This document shows, one piece after another, positions 13,191-25,013 of a stretch of DNA of 64,000 nucleotides. A model generated the notes under the pieces. That model had not been told where the DNA came from. It did not search any database and saw only the letters and a program-made list of their open reading frames with translations. The position numbers were made by a program, and so were the translations under genes. Origin of the DNA: Takakia lepidozioides (lineage: Eukaryota > Plantae > Bryophyta); the NCBI GenBank assembly GCA_030704615.1, contig CM060732.1, positions 58,218,001 through 58,282,000 of the forward strand, read 5' to 3'. Position 1 is the first letter of the stretch, and each line of letters starts with the position of its first letter.

Positions 13191-13292
13191 ACCATACATG
13201 AATGAATACCTATATGGTACTAGTTTTTTTTTTTTTTTTTTTTTTGGGTCATTCAATAATAATCAAATTGTATAGTCAATTGGGTATTACAG

Positions 13293-14630
13293 GTTATTCA
13301 AGAGACTTTGCGAAAAACGTGCATAATTTCATTCGACACTCGTAAGGCTCTACATGATGTGGAGTACAAAGGTACAAATTAACACAATATCCCCCTAATT
13401 TGGTAATGATATTTGATCAGATCTTAAACCCCTAACACTAAACATATTGTATTATGAGTTTTTATTCATTTACATAATATTTGATAGGTATGTTTATGTA
13501 TTACAATCATACTGTGCATACTAATATATATTAAATGGACCCCTACCAAAATTGTGATTGAAAAATAAAATTAATTATTATTTAGATTGACATTTGATTA
13601 TATACATATCTAATTAAGACTTGATATTTTCTTTTGTTAAATATAGCTTGAGAAATGAACCATTATATTTTAAAATCTTGGTCATTATGTGACTTGGCCA
13701 AGTTTGAAGGTGACAGGGGTGGGAAGTCTCACCAAGTAAATTTTCTTAAGAGCAAAATATTGATACCCCTTCTATTGGGAAAATGGACACCAGTGTTTGA
13801 CTAGTATCAATCTAGGCATAACCATAATGATTGTTTTTGGAGATATATGGATTTTATCCATTTTTGCATGTATGATTAATTTTTAGAATATTTGTTAACA
13901 GTGAATAATGGCCAATACCCCGTCCAATACCCACCTAGTACCACCCCAATAACTGGCCAAACATCAAGAACTGGGTGCATACACAGACCTTAGCAAAGGA
14001 CTTAGCATATGCTTTCACCTTATACACCTTTGAAGCATCTCTCTACTGTGCCCAATTGTTGATAATTCATGTGAAAGGGCTTCAATGAAAGCCCTTATCA
14101 TGTTCAACAGTTACATTGCATTAAATTAAGTTCGCAATAATTCACACAAATATCCAAGAAGCTGTACATTTCCCATATAATCAATTTAGGCTGAAAATAA
14201 AGTATTGTCTTAAGTCCACTTAGTCGTGGAATACGTAAAATTGAGCATGGATACTTGATACGGTCGAGGATAAGTACATGTGCAGCAAATGGAAATTGAA
14301 GTTAAAGATATAATTCCGAGTTCTAGACATCCAGTTTATGTGCTGCCAAGCTGAAAATATCCTATGAGACCCTCCCTCTCTCAAGTTGAATGAACTACCA
14401 CCAAACATGTTGAACTTTTGTAGGAAAATGTGTTCATTGGTGGTACATGTTAAGAAATAAAACTCTCTATAATCGTTTCTAATCTAGTACTATGGAAAAA
14501 TTTGTTGATTATCTTTTCTGTGGTAAACTTTTTACGATTGGTTTTTTGCATACCTCACGCTAACATAAGCTGTGGGCAAACGTATAGCTACCACTTAAAA
14601 AGACACCTCTCTCTCTCTCTCTCTCTCTCA

Positions 14631-14667
<37 letters not shown>

Positions 14668-16274
14668 CAATGTCTTATGAATACATTGTATTTATTTTTC
14701 TCCTCTATATATAATTTGAAATGCGGTTGATTTATTATTTAGAATAGAATGGTAGTAATGTATTCTGAATCCTCTTCCAACATGTATTGCTCGTATATTT
14801 GCAATGATAATATAGATGCTTGAAGGATGGTTTTTCAGGGTATCTCCTAGATTGTAGTTGGAGTGAGGGTAAGTACTGTGTTTTGGTCAAGTTGGAAAAA
14901 ACGTGCTTATGTATTTAAGGAATAAATCATTAAAAGAGTTTGTTGCCTCACAAATTGATCTGAACGAGGATTTAAAAGGACATTGATATTGCAGGGCTTC
15001 TATTTCCCAAAGGTTGGAAAATCATGGCTTGGACGGCTGCACTCCACACCGATCCGGATTTATTTCCCGATCCTCATACGTTTAATCCTGCGCGTTTTGA
15101 GGTGCAATTTATTTCGCAAGTTGAATTCATACATTCTGAATTGTTGGTAAAACACAAAGCATTCAGATAATTGTTTTGCATTTTCTCTTTTTACCAAACT
15201 TTAGCAAGGGAAGGATTTGTAAACATTTTGATTGGAGGGGGAAAACTTGTATTTGCAGCAACCTCCAAAACGAAACACATTTATGCCGTTTGCTATGGGC
15301 CCCCACAAGTGTCTTGGTATTGACCTCAACAAGATTGAAACGCTCATCTTCTTGCACCATTTGGTCCTCAATTTCAGGTATCATGAGTTTACTCAATGTT
15401 TTATTTATTTATTTATCGATATAACATATAATTTTGACATAGACAATTTGATTTTTGTTTTCAAACGTAAATGTTGAAAGCACGTGGAAATTTGTGATCT
15501 CACTCATTCCCATAGGGGTATTTGCCTTGCATTGGGAAGGTTAACAATTTACACCTTCTAAGGGGTGTAACTAGAGTAACATGGTTGTCCCAACCTACCC
15601 CAAGGACTCAAAAGTTTTTAGCTATCCATAGATGAATACTCTTAATTTATAGTGTCACTCCACTCCCTTTACTTATGGTGAAGTGGCACCATAAGTTATG
15701 GAGAGTCTCTCCCTCTTTCTCTTGTCAACCCTGAAGAAGACCCATTTGGAAGGTGGAAACCTCCTATCGCCCTACTGGGGGCAATGGAAGTTGCCCAAAC
15801 CTCCCCAAGACTTGAAAGTCCCTAGCTACAAACACATTAAATAATTAGTTGATATAGGATCCGCCTTTTATAGCTGGGCTATAATATGTTTCATCTAGCA
15901 TACACATATGTGGATTGAACCCACGTTCACTTGCAAGGTGGCTTGTGCCCTAATCACTGGGCCATTGCTTAGGTATCCGTACATTAGGTGATTGGTTGAG
16001 CCAATGACTAGCATTTTGGCTTTGAGCCTATACATGCTAATAAGATTAAGTTACCGCCTAAACCACTCAACCATTTCAAACATGTTATTTGTCTGCTTAA
16101 AGATGTTATGTCATAAATCAACCAATAATGGCTCACTTGTAATGTATTTTTTACATCTTTTTTGGTTTTTATTACAGGTGGAAGCATGTTGGGCCTCCCT
16201 CAACGCGTGTAAATTGGCCATTCCCACACCCCAAAGATGGTCATCCCATGAAAGTAGAACGTGTTACAGTGTGA
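13293..16274 (+). pseudogene. 3' four exons of a cytochrome P450 (CYP85 clan-like); 5' exons not found
   Basis: Exons 13293-13371 (VIQETLR, ExxR), ~14995-15101 (GFYFPKGW...FNPARFE), ~15259-15378 (FMPFAMGPHKCLG, heme Cys) and ~16178-16274 (W...PFPHPKDGHPMKV). GT-AG boundaries are present. Confidence 0.85.
14607..14666. repeat. (CT)n(CA)n compound microsatellite in a P450 intron
   Basis: Seen directly in the sequence. Confidence 0.95.
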
Positions 16275-17040
16275 AATGAGTCACAAATTAATTATAGTAA
16301 TGATATATTTAAAATATTATTTTCATAATATATTCTTAACTTTGATCTCTAAAAATCTATTTTAGAGGCAAATAATCAACTTTACGCATATTTCAAAATG
16401 TCTTGATTGGACCTTTTTTTGGAGTAATGGTAGTTTGAGATTTATTATTACACATTTTTTGAGCTATTGTGATATTATAGGAATAACATTCAAACTCCAT
16501 ACTTTTAAAAAATCTTAATCTGCTTCTTGAGATAGTAATAGTTATTAGAAAAATTATATTAAGGAATCAAGACACTAAAATAAGTAGCTCAACGGACAGT
16601 TGCGTTCCGTTTTGGAAGGTGGACACTTCTAACAGCCTAGTTGTAATGCAATTGCTCAAACCTTTACCAAGGATTTGAAAGTCCACCCACACAATTAGGT
16701 GTAGACCCAAAAGACCCTTTTTCTATAACTAGGTTGGCTATGATATGTCACCTCCGACATACACATATGTAGCTAATTTGACTCAGGTAATCTTGATTGA
16801 ACCTCTATTTGGAGTCACAAGTCACAACTTGAAAACCATTTTTACTAATTTTTTGTTTGAACTTATTGTTTGGGCCTTCAACATGGGTGGATGTCTTTTG
16901 AAATGGAGGGGCTTGGTCTATGTCCCTTTAACTAGGAATAATTGATTTTTTGAGTTTTAAAAAATGAAAAGAAATGGTAAGCAAATTTAATGAATATGAT
17001 GCATAATTGACTAGATTGAAATGAACTTAAACCAGATCTA

Positions 17041-19100
17041 ATGAAGACAAAAGAGACTTTGCGGGAAGAGCTAGCACTATTTCCAGAAGTTGCTAGGCAA
17101 GATGACGGGACACTTGAAGAATGTCAGCAACCTACAGATGACCAGGCCATGCTACCAAATCAGTCCGATGAAGATGAAGCTGAATTATCCGGAGCAAGTG
17201 TTCAAGCACCACGTCTCATATCTCACAAGAAGGAACAATGACACAGCATAAAAGCGACCCCCAGCCACGATACCCTACCAAGGAATAGAAGACCGAGCAC
17301 AAAGCACAAAATATAGAGATAGTTACATGCTTGCAACGGAGTTGACTGCTGAGCCGCAAACTTATGAGGAAGTGGTGCAGTTGTTAGAATGGAGGGATGC
17401 AATTAACAGAGAGGTGGACTCTATAAAGGAGAACCAGACTTGGACACTCGTCGATTTGCCAGAAGGGAAGCATCCGACATCCGCAAAATGGATATTTAAG
17501 GCCAAACATGGACAAAATGGGAAAGTTGAAAAATTGAAAGCTAGAATAGTGGCTATGGGGTATGAACAGGAAGAAGGCATAGACTTCCTTGAGACTTTCG
17601 CGCCTGTGGTCCGATGGACAACTATTAGGAGCATCATCGCGCTTGCTACGAGAAGACGCTGGAGATTGCAGCACTTGGACGTGGCTACAACATTCCTAAA
17701 TGGTAAGATCACAGAAGAAGTGTACATGGTTGTGCCGCCTGGATTTCAAGATGAAGGTAGCAAAGGGAAAGTCTGCAAGCTCGAAAGAGCATTGTATGGC
17801 CGCATTGACAGTTACCTAACCCAACAAGGACTGCAGAAAAGCAAGGAGGATCCAAATCTGTATTTTTCAATCTAAGGAGGTAAGTACACTGTTGTACTGC
17901 TGTATGTTGACCATATCATCGTTACAGGGGACGATAAAGAGAACATCCAGAACCTCAAGAAGAGTATGATGAGTGCGTTCAAAATGACTGACCTTGGAGA
18001 TGCTAGACTCTATCTAGGAGTTGAACTGAAATACGACAAGCATGGAATCTACTTCCATCAAAGGAAGTATATCGAGAAATTGCTCGAGAGATTCGGCCTG
18101 ATCAATTGCAAGCCATCAAGCGTTCCCATGAATCCCAAAATCAAGCTTCAGAAAGACTCTGGAACACCAGCTGTGGATCGGAGAACCTACCAAAGACTAG
18201 TTGGAGGACTTCTTTACGCAACAATCAGTAGATGGGACATCCAGTTTGCAGTGGGATGCGTATCTAGGTACATGAATTACCCTCAGCTGGCGCACATGAT
18301 TGCAGCGAAGAAAATCCTGAGATACCTGAAAGGAATGCTGGATTTCGGAATATTTTATCCTGCAGATGATATGGGAGGGTTAGTCACATTTGCCAATGCA
18401 GACTGGGCTGGAGACTTGGACTCTCGCAAATGCACATCTGGAATTTTGTACAAGCTGGGATTTGCACCAATTGCGTGGTCGAGCAAGTTACAACCTACTC
18501 TCGCGTTGTCTTCAACAGAAGCTGAATATTGTGTCTTGTCTGAAGCAGCAAGAAACATCACATATTACCGGCTCTTAAAGGAATTACAATTCGAGAGGGA
18601 CCGACCCCGATACTATGCGACAACATGAGCAGCATCAGACTTGTTCATAATCCGGTCATGCACAACCGGACCAAACACATTGAACTCGATCATCACTACA
18701 TTCGCGAAAAACATCAAGATGGCAACGTAGATGTGAGTTACATTCCAACCAATTCGCAGCATGCTGATTTGTTAACAAAACCCTTGGGGTTTTCACAGTT
18801 TATCAGCAATCGAGAGGAAGCTGGCCTTCGAAAGATACCAGCATAGACTATTCATCCGCTCGTGTGCAGATTAAGGGAGGGTGTTGGCAAAATACATCTG
18901 CACCCTAGCGTCCTTGTGTCTCATCTATTCTTAGAACCTGATCAGTTTCAGTAACGCATATATATTTAGTATACGCGTGTACTTATTATACGCGGTCACA
19001 ATACTATTGGTAGATGATTAGCAAAGTAGATTTCTCCTTATCTGCTCACTTGAGCAGATCTCCGTGTATATAACCTGTATGTCAATTCAGTAAAACTTAC
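17041..19100 (+). mobile_element. Ty1/copia retrotransposon 3' part (RT, RNase H, PPT, start of 3' LTR), 5'-truncated
   Basis: WTLVDLP..KWIFK..LKARIVA..ETFAPVVR; LYVDH(D)II; DADWAG-like NADWAG; SSTEAEY; HNRTKHIELDHHYIRE. The PPT AAGGGAGGG is followed by TGTTGG at 18882. The right end is approximate. Confidence 0.92.
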
Positions 19101-19912
19101 CCTTTAGAGCAACAGGGCCCTCTAGAAGGCTCCAGCACCGCCCTGAAAGAGTATATAGCCGAGGGTGAGGGCTACCTTCTGGATGGCTCCTTCTCCTAAC
19201 CTTACTTTGCTACTGGGCTATGCAAGCAGGCCCCCTTCAAAAATGTAAACTGGATCTTTAAATGAATAGACTTCAGGAATTTCCAGCTCACTGACGTGTA
19301 CTTGTGTCGGCGGCTCAGATGATAAGTTATTGCGTCTCCAGAACCGTATGAATATATTATATATATATAGTAAGGTTTCGGATATCACATTCAATTGATA
19401 GCTGATGGTTTTCAGATTGTGTGCTAATAATTACAAGTAATTATGTAATAATTTCTGGACATTGCAGTATGAGGGGAACATGTGGGATGTTTTGATGTGT
19501 TGTTCGGGTTCTCTACTTCGCTGGGCCTACTCCGTCCACGGACTGTCAAGATTTGGTTACTTTCTGTTTCATGCATGCATGTCACTTGGGCCTCTTGCGG
19601 ACACAATCAAACTGTTTCCTCCTTTCTTCATTTTCTTCATCTTCAAACTTATTGGGGCACTGCATTAGATGGAGTTCACGGATTTGATGTACTTCAGCGT
19701 GATCTTATTGGTTCCATGTGGGCCAAAATTTTGTCAGATAAGCGCCCTGAGCTTTCCGCGGACATTATGAGCTACCATTTCATTTCATTTCATCTCTTTA
19801 ATTTTTCCAAACCATGACATTTCTGCACAGTTTCAGTCATTCAACACCTCATTGTAATGATGTATCCACATTCGGTTATCTGGGGCCGTGCCATGAAGGA
19901 AGCAATTTAGCC

Positions 19913-20810
19913 CTACAGATACGAAGAACGTAGATCAGTAGTTACTGAGGCACTACGGTAGTCAAACTTCCGGGATGAGGCAGCATTGGTACGAAGTTCA
20001 CCTTTGTCCAGGGAGAACAGCCATGCATCCTCGCCGCCACTGCCAAATTCACCAGAGATGATAGATTTGTGATTTTGATATAAATAGCCGTGCATGTAAG
20101 CAAGCCTGGGTTCAACCGGCAACTCCCTTACGAGAGTAATCAGTTCATGAGAATCAGAAATCTAATCCCAGCTGAGCCATCAACTACTGTACCACTTTGT
20201 AAAAATCAATCACTAAGTCAGTAGTAACTTGTCACTTGTGTGAAGAGGCATTCTGAATATTTTGACCTCAAGGTAGTCCACCAAATCGTTCAGCTCAAAT
20301 ACTGATGTCCCATGGGAAGTCTTGCATCCAATATATAGGCTCCGTGAGTGTTCCAGGGTATTGTTCCTCACGCAGTTAGTTTACTTGGTGGGCTTTGACA
20401 ACAACAAGCATTATTCCATCCACTGTGCACGACGATACTACACCGTAGCTGTTACCATACTTTGTAGACTGGATGAGCACGATTGTCCCGAGCACTCCTG
20501 GTCTCGACCGGTGGATCAACCGGGGTCAGCATGCTAAATAGATCAGCATGCACCACCGTCCAGACTCCAGACCTCTAGCTTGCAGGTGAGCAGCTCCAGC
20601 GCCTGGTCCTGCGATTAATTCCTGTAAGAAAATTCTCGGTGGATGAGCACCTGGAATCCATGTCTACCGTATGAAAGGTCGTAGCTAAACTGTTAAATGG
20701 AGCCACCAGAACTATACCAGCTGCCAAGAAGATATTGCTCAAGCTCTACAAAGCATACCGAGACCTAATCTACCGCGTAGCATTTGATACGGCAGAGGCA
20801 TTGCCACAAA
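19913..20810 (-). pseudogene. Possible degenerate F-box gene
   Basis: Near 20800 the minus strand reads MPLPYQMLRGRLGLGMLCRA*AISSW, loosely like the F-box LP..RL..L.R.R.V..W pattern. Downstream frames are broken. Confidence 0.25.
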
Positions 20811-21830
20811 CAAGCCCGGAAAGGAAATGAGTGGGACCAAAACCCATACAAGGCTCTGCGTGCTTAGGTCCGCATACAGGCATTCAAGACTCAACTCGTT
20901 TCACACCTTATAAAATCCTTACTAGGCGAGATATGCGAATGCCAAACGCCAATGGCTGAACCTTGGGTATCACCGAGCTGGGGCAGCTTGAAGAAGACCA
21001 AGAGACGATGGAGCAGGTGATGAGCACCAAAGGTGGCTCAGCTGATTCGGAGCATGGAGCATACCCTGTTCAAAAGAACAATATGTTGCAAGCACAAGCG
21101 CAGCAGCAGCAGGGCTATACCAGACGCCATGCGCACACAACAAGGAGACACCTGCTCTTAAGGATATTGGACTGCTGATGATGATAAAGCCAGGGAGGAA
21201 AGAATAGCATGGAATCCTCATAGGAAGGGCCAACGAGTTTGTGGTGTACATGGATATACACGCCCGTGAAACAAAAAGGGCATGAGAACGTGTGTGCCAG
21301 CTCTAGAAAGGAAGGTATGGAACAGCCAGGAGGGATGTGAAGCCTCTACATGTGTGGGGCAGGAGGGAGAGCTTTACAGCTGCAGGGCTAAGAGAGGGAC
21401 TTACAAATTAATGAATGGGAGGTAGACCATAGCATAGGCATCTTTTGTTTAACGCTGAGGGCTGGCTGTTTGTTGCAGCCGCCAACGAGGGACAAGGTGT
21501 TTAAGGAAAGGCTGTGGAGCCATGTGGGTTGTCAGTTTTGAGGATCGAAGGCGGCACAAGTAGGGTGTCGAGGTGTCGATCGAGGCTTGGATCTCTTTTC
21601 TTTGGCTTCACAGTGACGATTAAGTATGGCGAGTGAGGTAAACTTGTTGCTGAGTGAGCAAACAAGTCGGTGGGTTAGCGTTTCCGAGATTTGTTCTAAG
21701 ACGAGTAGGTGAGCTTACTCGCAGCATCAGGTCCGTTTCTGCAGGATGGGCTTCGTAGAGGTGTGAAGGTGCATTCCCACTGGAAGTTGTAGAAGTTTCT
21801 TGAGCAAATAAGTGGAGGGAGAGAGCAACC

Positions 21831-22961
21831 ATGTCGATATCCATAGAGAGGCATAACAAGAGGTTGAAGCGCCAAAGAAACCGCTTGAGGTGCGAAGCCG
21901 AAAAGGAAAGAACGTGCGCAAGCGGAGTTGGATACTGCAAGACGAAACAACATTCTTCAGGTTGATGGCTGGAAAACGGCGTACAACCAGTTACAAGAGC
22001 AACATAAGGCCAGTGAGGCAAAGCTCAATAAAAGAATTTCTGCTCTTGTAGAGAAAGAGAGTAAGGGGATGCAAGAGACAGAGATTAAACAGAAGGTTAG
22101 CTTGAGAAAGCTCTCGGAGCAGATCGAGGGGATGGAGAAAGAGAAGAAATTGTTGACAGAGAGAGAACAGGAACTAAGTGAGTGCGTTACCAAGCTCCGT
22201 GAGCGTGTTGAAGGGTTGGAGAAAGAAAATGGCGCAATCCGCCAGAGTCTTTCGCAGAAAAAGGATAGCATACAGACGCTGTCGAAGGTGGTGACCTTCT
22301 TAACGACTGAAGTACCAGAAGAAAGTGATCCTCTGGCAGATGGGAAAGCCGATATGGGGTTCAACTGTACTGCAATGCCAGTGCATTGCTACGTTTTGGT
22401 AAGAATTTACTCACTATGATCAAGATTCACAAAAGAAAACGTCGTTGAATTTCCCTTGAGAATTTCTATTTTACTGCATGCGCACCAAGAATTCAACCAA
22501 GGCTTTTTTGACATGCCCCTCTTTAAAGCACAATGCTTCTGCAGGCAAGGAAGTCGCGAGTATTCAGGGGTCTTTTTGAAGCTGGCAAGAAGAATTTCTC
22601 GCTAAGGCAGACAGGTAGCTCTACCCATAATCAGTCATGCAGGGCGTTCATCAAGTTTTTCTACAAGGCGTACATCTCTCCCACCGACCTGGAACAGTGC
22701 TGGAGAGACCTTATGGTGTTTGCAACAGAGTACGAGGCGTCTGCTCTAAAGGAGCTCTGTGAGCAGTACTGTGTTAGTATCGTCACCAAAGACAACGCAT
22801 ACTCAATGCTTGAGCTGGGGATTCGAAGAAACTCGGAGACAATCGTCAAAGCGGCCTCCACGTCTCTTTCAACCCATGAACCTGACTACTTGTCGATTCC
22901 ACAATTCCAGGGTCTTTTGAAGGAGCACTGTTCGTACCTTGCAGCAATTGGTCTATCCTAG
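21831..22961 (+). CDS. Coiled-coil + BTB/POZ domain protein, 2 exons, apparent frameshift near 21915
   Basis: Intron 22399-22544 (GT-AG) joins HCYVL|ARKSRVFRGLFE (BTB H..VL..S.VF..F). Later come AFIKFFY and A.EY....LKELCEQY. The N-terminus is heptad-rich. Confidence 0.7.
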
Positions 22962-25013
22962 ATGGGTTGGCAACTTATCAGGCATCCCCTTGTCAGTTGA
23001 GCTATATTCAGGTTCTTGGATGCGATGAGGCACTCAACTTTCTGCCTGCGACATTAGGGGTCTCTGGATGGGCACTGTGTGGACTGGAAGATCAATCGGT
23101 GGATGAAAGCCCAGATTATGGATTCCCTGCTTGCTTCAATTGTGATGCAAGGACACTTCGCCCATGTACTTATAATTGTACATGACTTCGGAGTAATGTT
23201 GTGCTTCGAGTTGCAGAACGTGGTGGCGCTAAAAACTGTGAGACTGGGCTGGACCATGGCACTGCAATCCAGTGATTACTTGAAGACTGGGTGGTAAAAA
23301 GTTGTATGCTGTACATACCCATCTCTATATATAATGCCCCTTTTTTCTGTATGCAGATAGTCTTTCCATGGAGAGAAGTATCCACCAATTGATGAATTAA
23401 ATTGGGATCTTGAACTCTATTCCAGATTGTCTGATTAACGTTGGATGGTCCTCAGGCTAAAAATATACGTTTCAAATGGGTGCAGGAATCATGACTCAGC
23501 CTACAAGCCGTTTATTTCAAACGGCAGCATACTACTCAAATTGAAAAGTGGAGAAAGAATCCAGGGTAGAAGGTGCTACTCTGACCATAACATCAATGTT
23601 GGCATGTGGGATTGAGTTAGTGAATTGAAACCCTGGAAGTCTGGAGTTTCTCTAAAAAAGACTTGCTACTCAGACTACAGAAAAGCTGCTGGACGAGTGG
23701 AAGGAGAAAATGTACGAGTGTCTCAATATTGGGGCCATGAGACGTAATGATGGACGCCTATAGGTAACTCCATAAAAGGTCTTTCATTGCCCATGGTATT
23801 TTCCAAGAATGTCCCAATGGGCCACTCAAAACTGTCAGAGTCTGAAGTGTTTCGTTGAGAATGTCGACATCCAGATCAAATAGAAGGTGTTGACTGTTGA
23901 CTCGGAGTCTGATTGACTAATGGTGGTTTTTTTGGCAACATTCAATGAGACAATAAAGTAAGGCATAAGAGAGAATCTGAATGCATGTCAGTTACAGTGG
24001 GAACTTTGGATCAAAGTAGCGGCTTTGTAGTTTGTAGGCGCCAATAAATGAAATGCAAATTTGCGACACCTCGAGATCATGGACTCGAAGAAAGCTCTGG
24101 CAACGGCGATCTTTAATCAGAGCTTCATATTTAAATTTCTCAAAAGTGGATGGAAATCTGTACTACAGTGTTTGGTTGCCACTTTCACTGGATTCAGTAC
24201 CCTACCGTGTCTGATGAAGATGTGGTTGGTTCTGTTATCTATCATTCCCGAGAGAGCCCTTCAAATTGTAGTTGTTTCTATCAAACATCGGATTAAAGCA
24301 TCAAGGCTGGAGCCCACCAGCCTCATAGTCTATATCGATGGTGAATGACGGATTCAGCAGCTTGGCTCTAGTGCTTGTGCTCTAATTTCACAACACTCGA
24401 TATGAAAGGTTGGGCTTGTTATGGGGTGATACATATATCGAATTGGTCAATGCGCAAATTGTAGAATCCAGTACATTTGCTATCATAGACAAGAAACGCT
24501 GCAATTTCAGAAAGAAGAACTAGGGGTCAGTTTTTCATCAAGAAACTTTAGGCACAGAATGCATCTAACAAGACTTTGACGAAGTCTATAGGAAACATTT
24601 CCAAAAATGGTTAACGTTCAGTAAGAGAGTGACAAAGATATATGTATGTACCTTCAATTCTATTTTATTAGAACCCAATCAATTGTTCCTCTGCCTATAT
24701 TTGCATAGTACCATAAGCTCATCGTTTCTTAAGATCTATGCAATCATGAAGCCATATCTCCATATTGATGTTATCTTTCTATGGTGACTGATGGATGCAG
24801 AGTCGGTGAGCCTAGAAATATGGGAAAGTACGGGTTCAGACAAACCCGCATATTTCGGTGAGCAGGTGGTTCCAAGGCACTAATGGATGCTCCTCATCAC
24901 AGATTGCACCACTAGCTTGAGCTGCGAATACTTTGACTCCAAGTGTTCAACTCTAAGAAGACCTTTTTCGCAACTCTCAAAGGTAGGTGAGAATGCAATG
25001 TGAGTATATTATT

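Noticed and set aside
13185-13223. Helitron 3' end (CTAG followed by T)
   Set aside because: The upstream hairpin is weak and AT-rich, and no 5' TC end or RepHel ORF was found.
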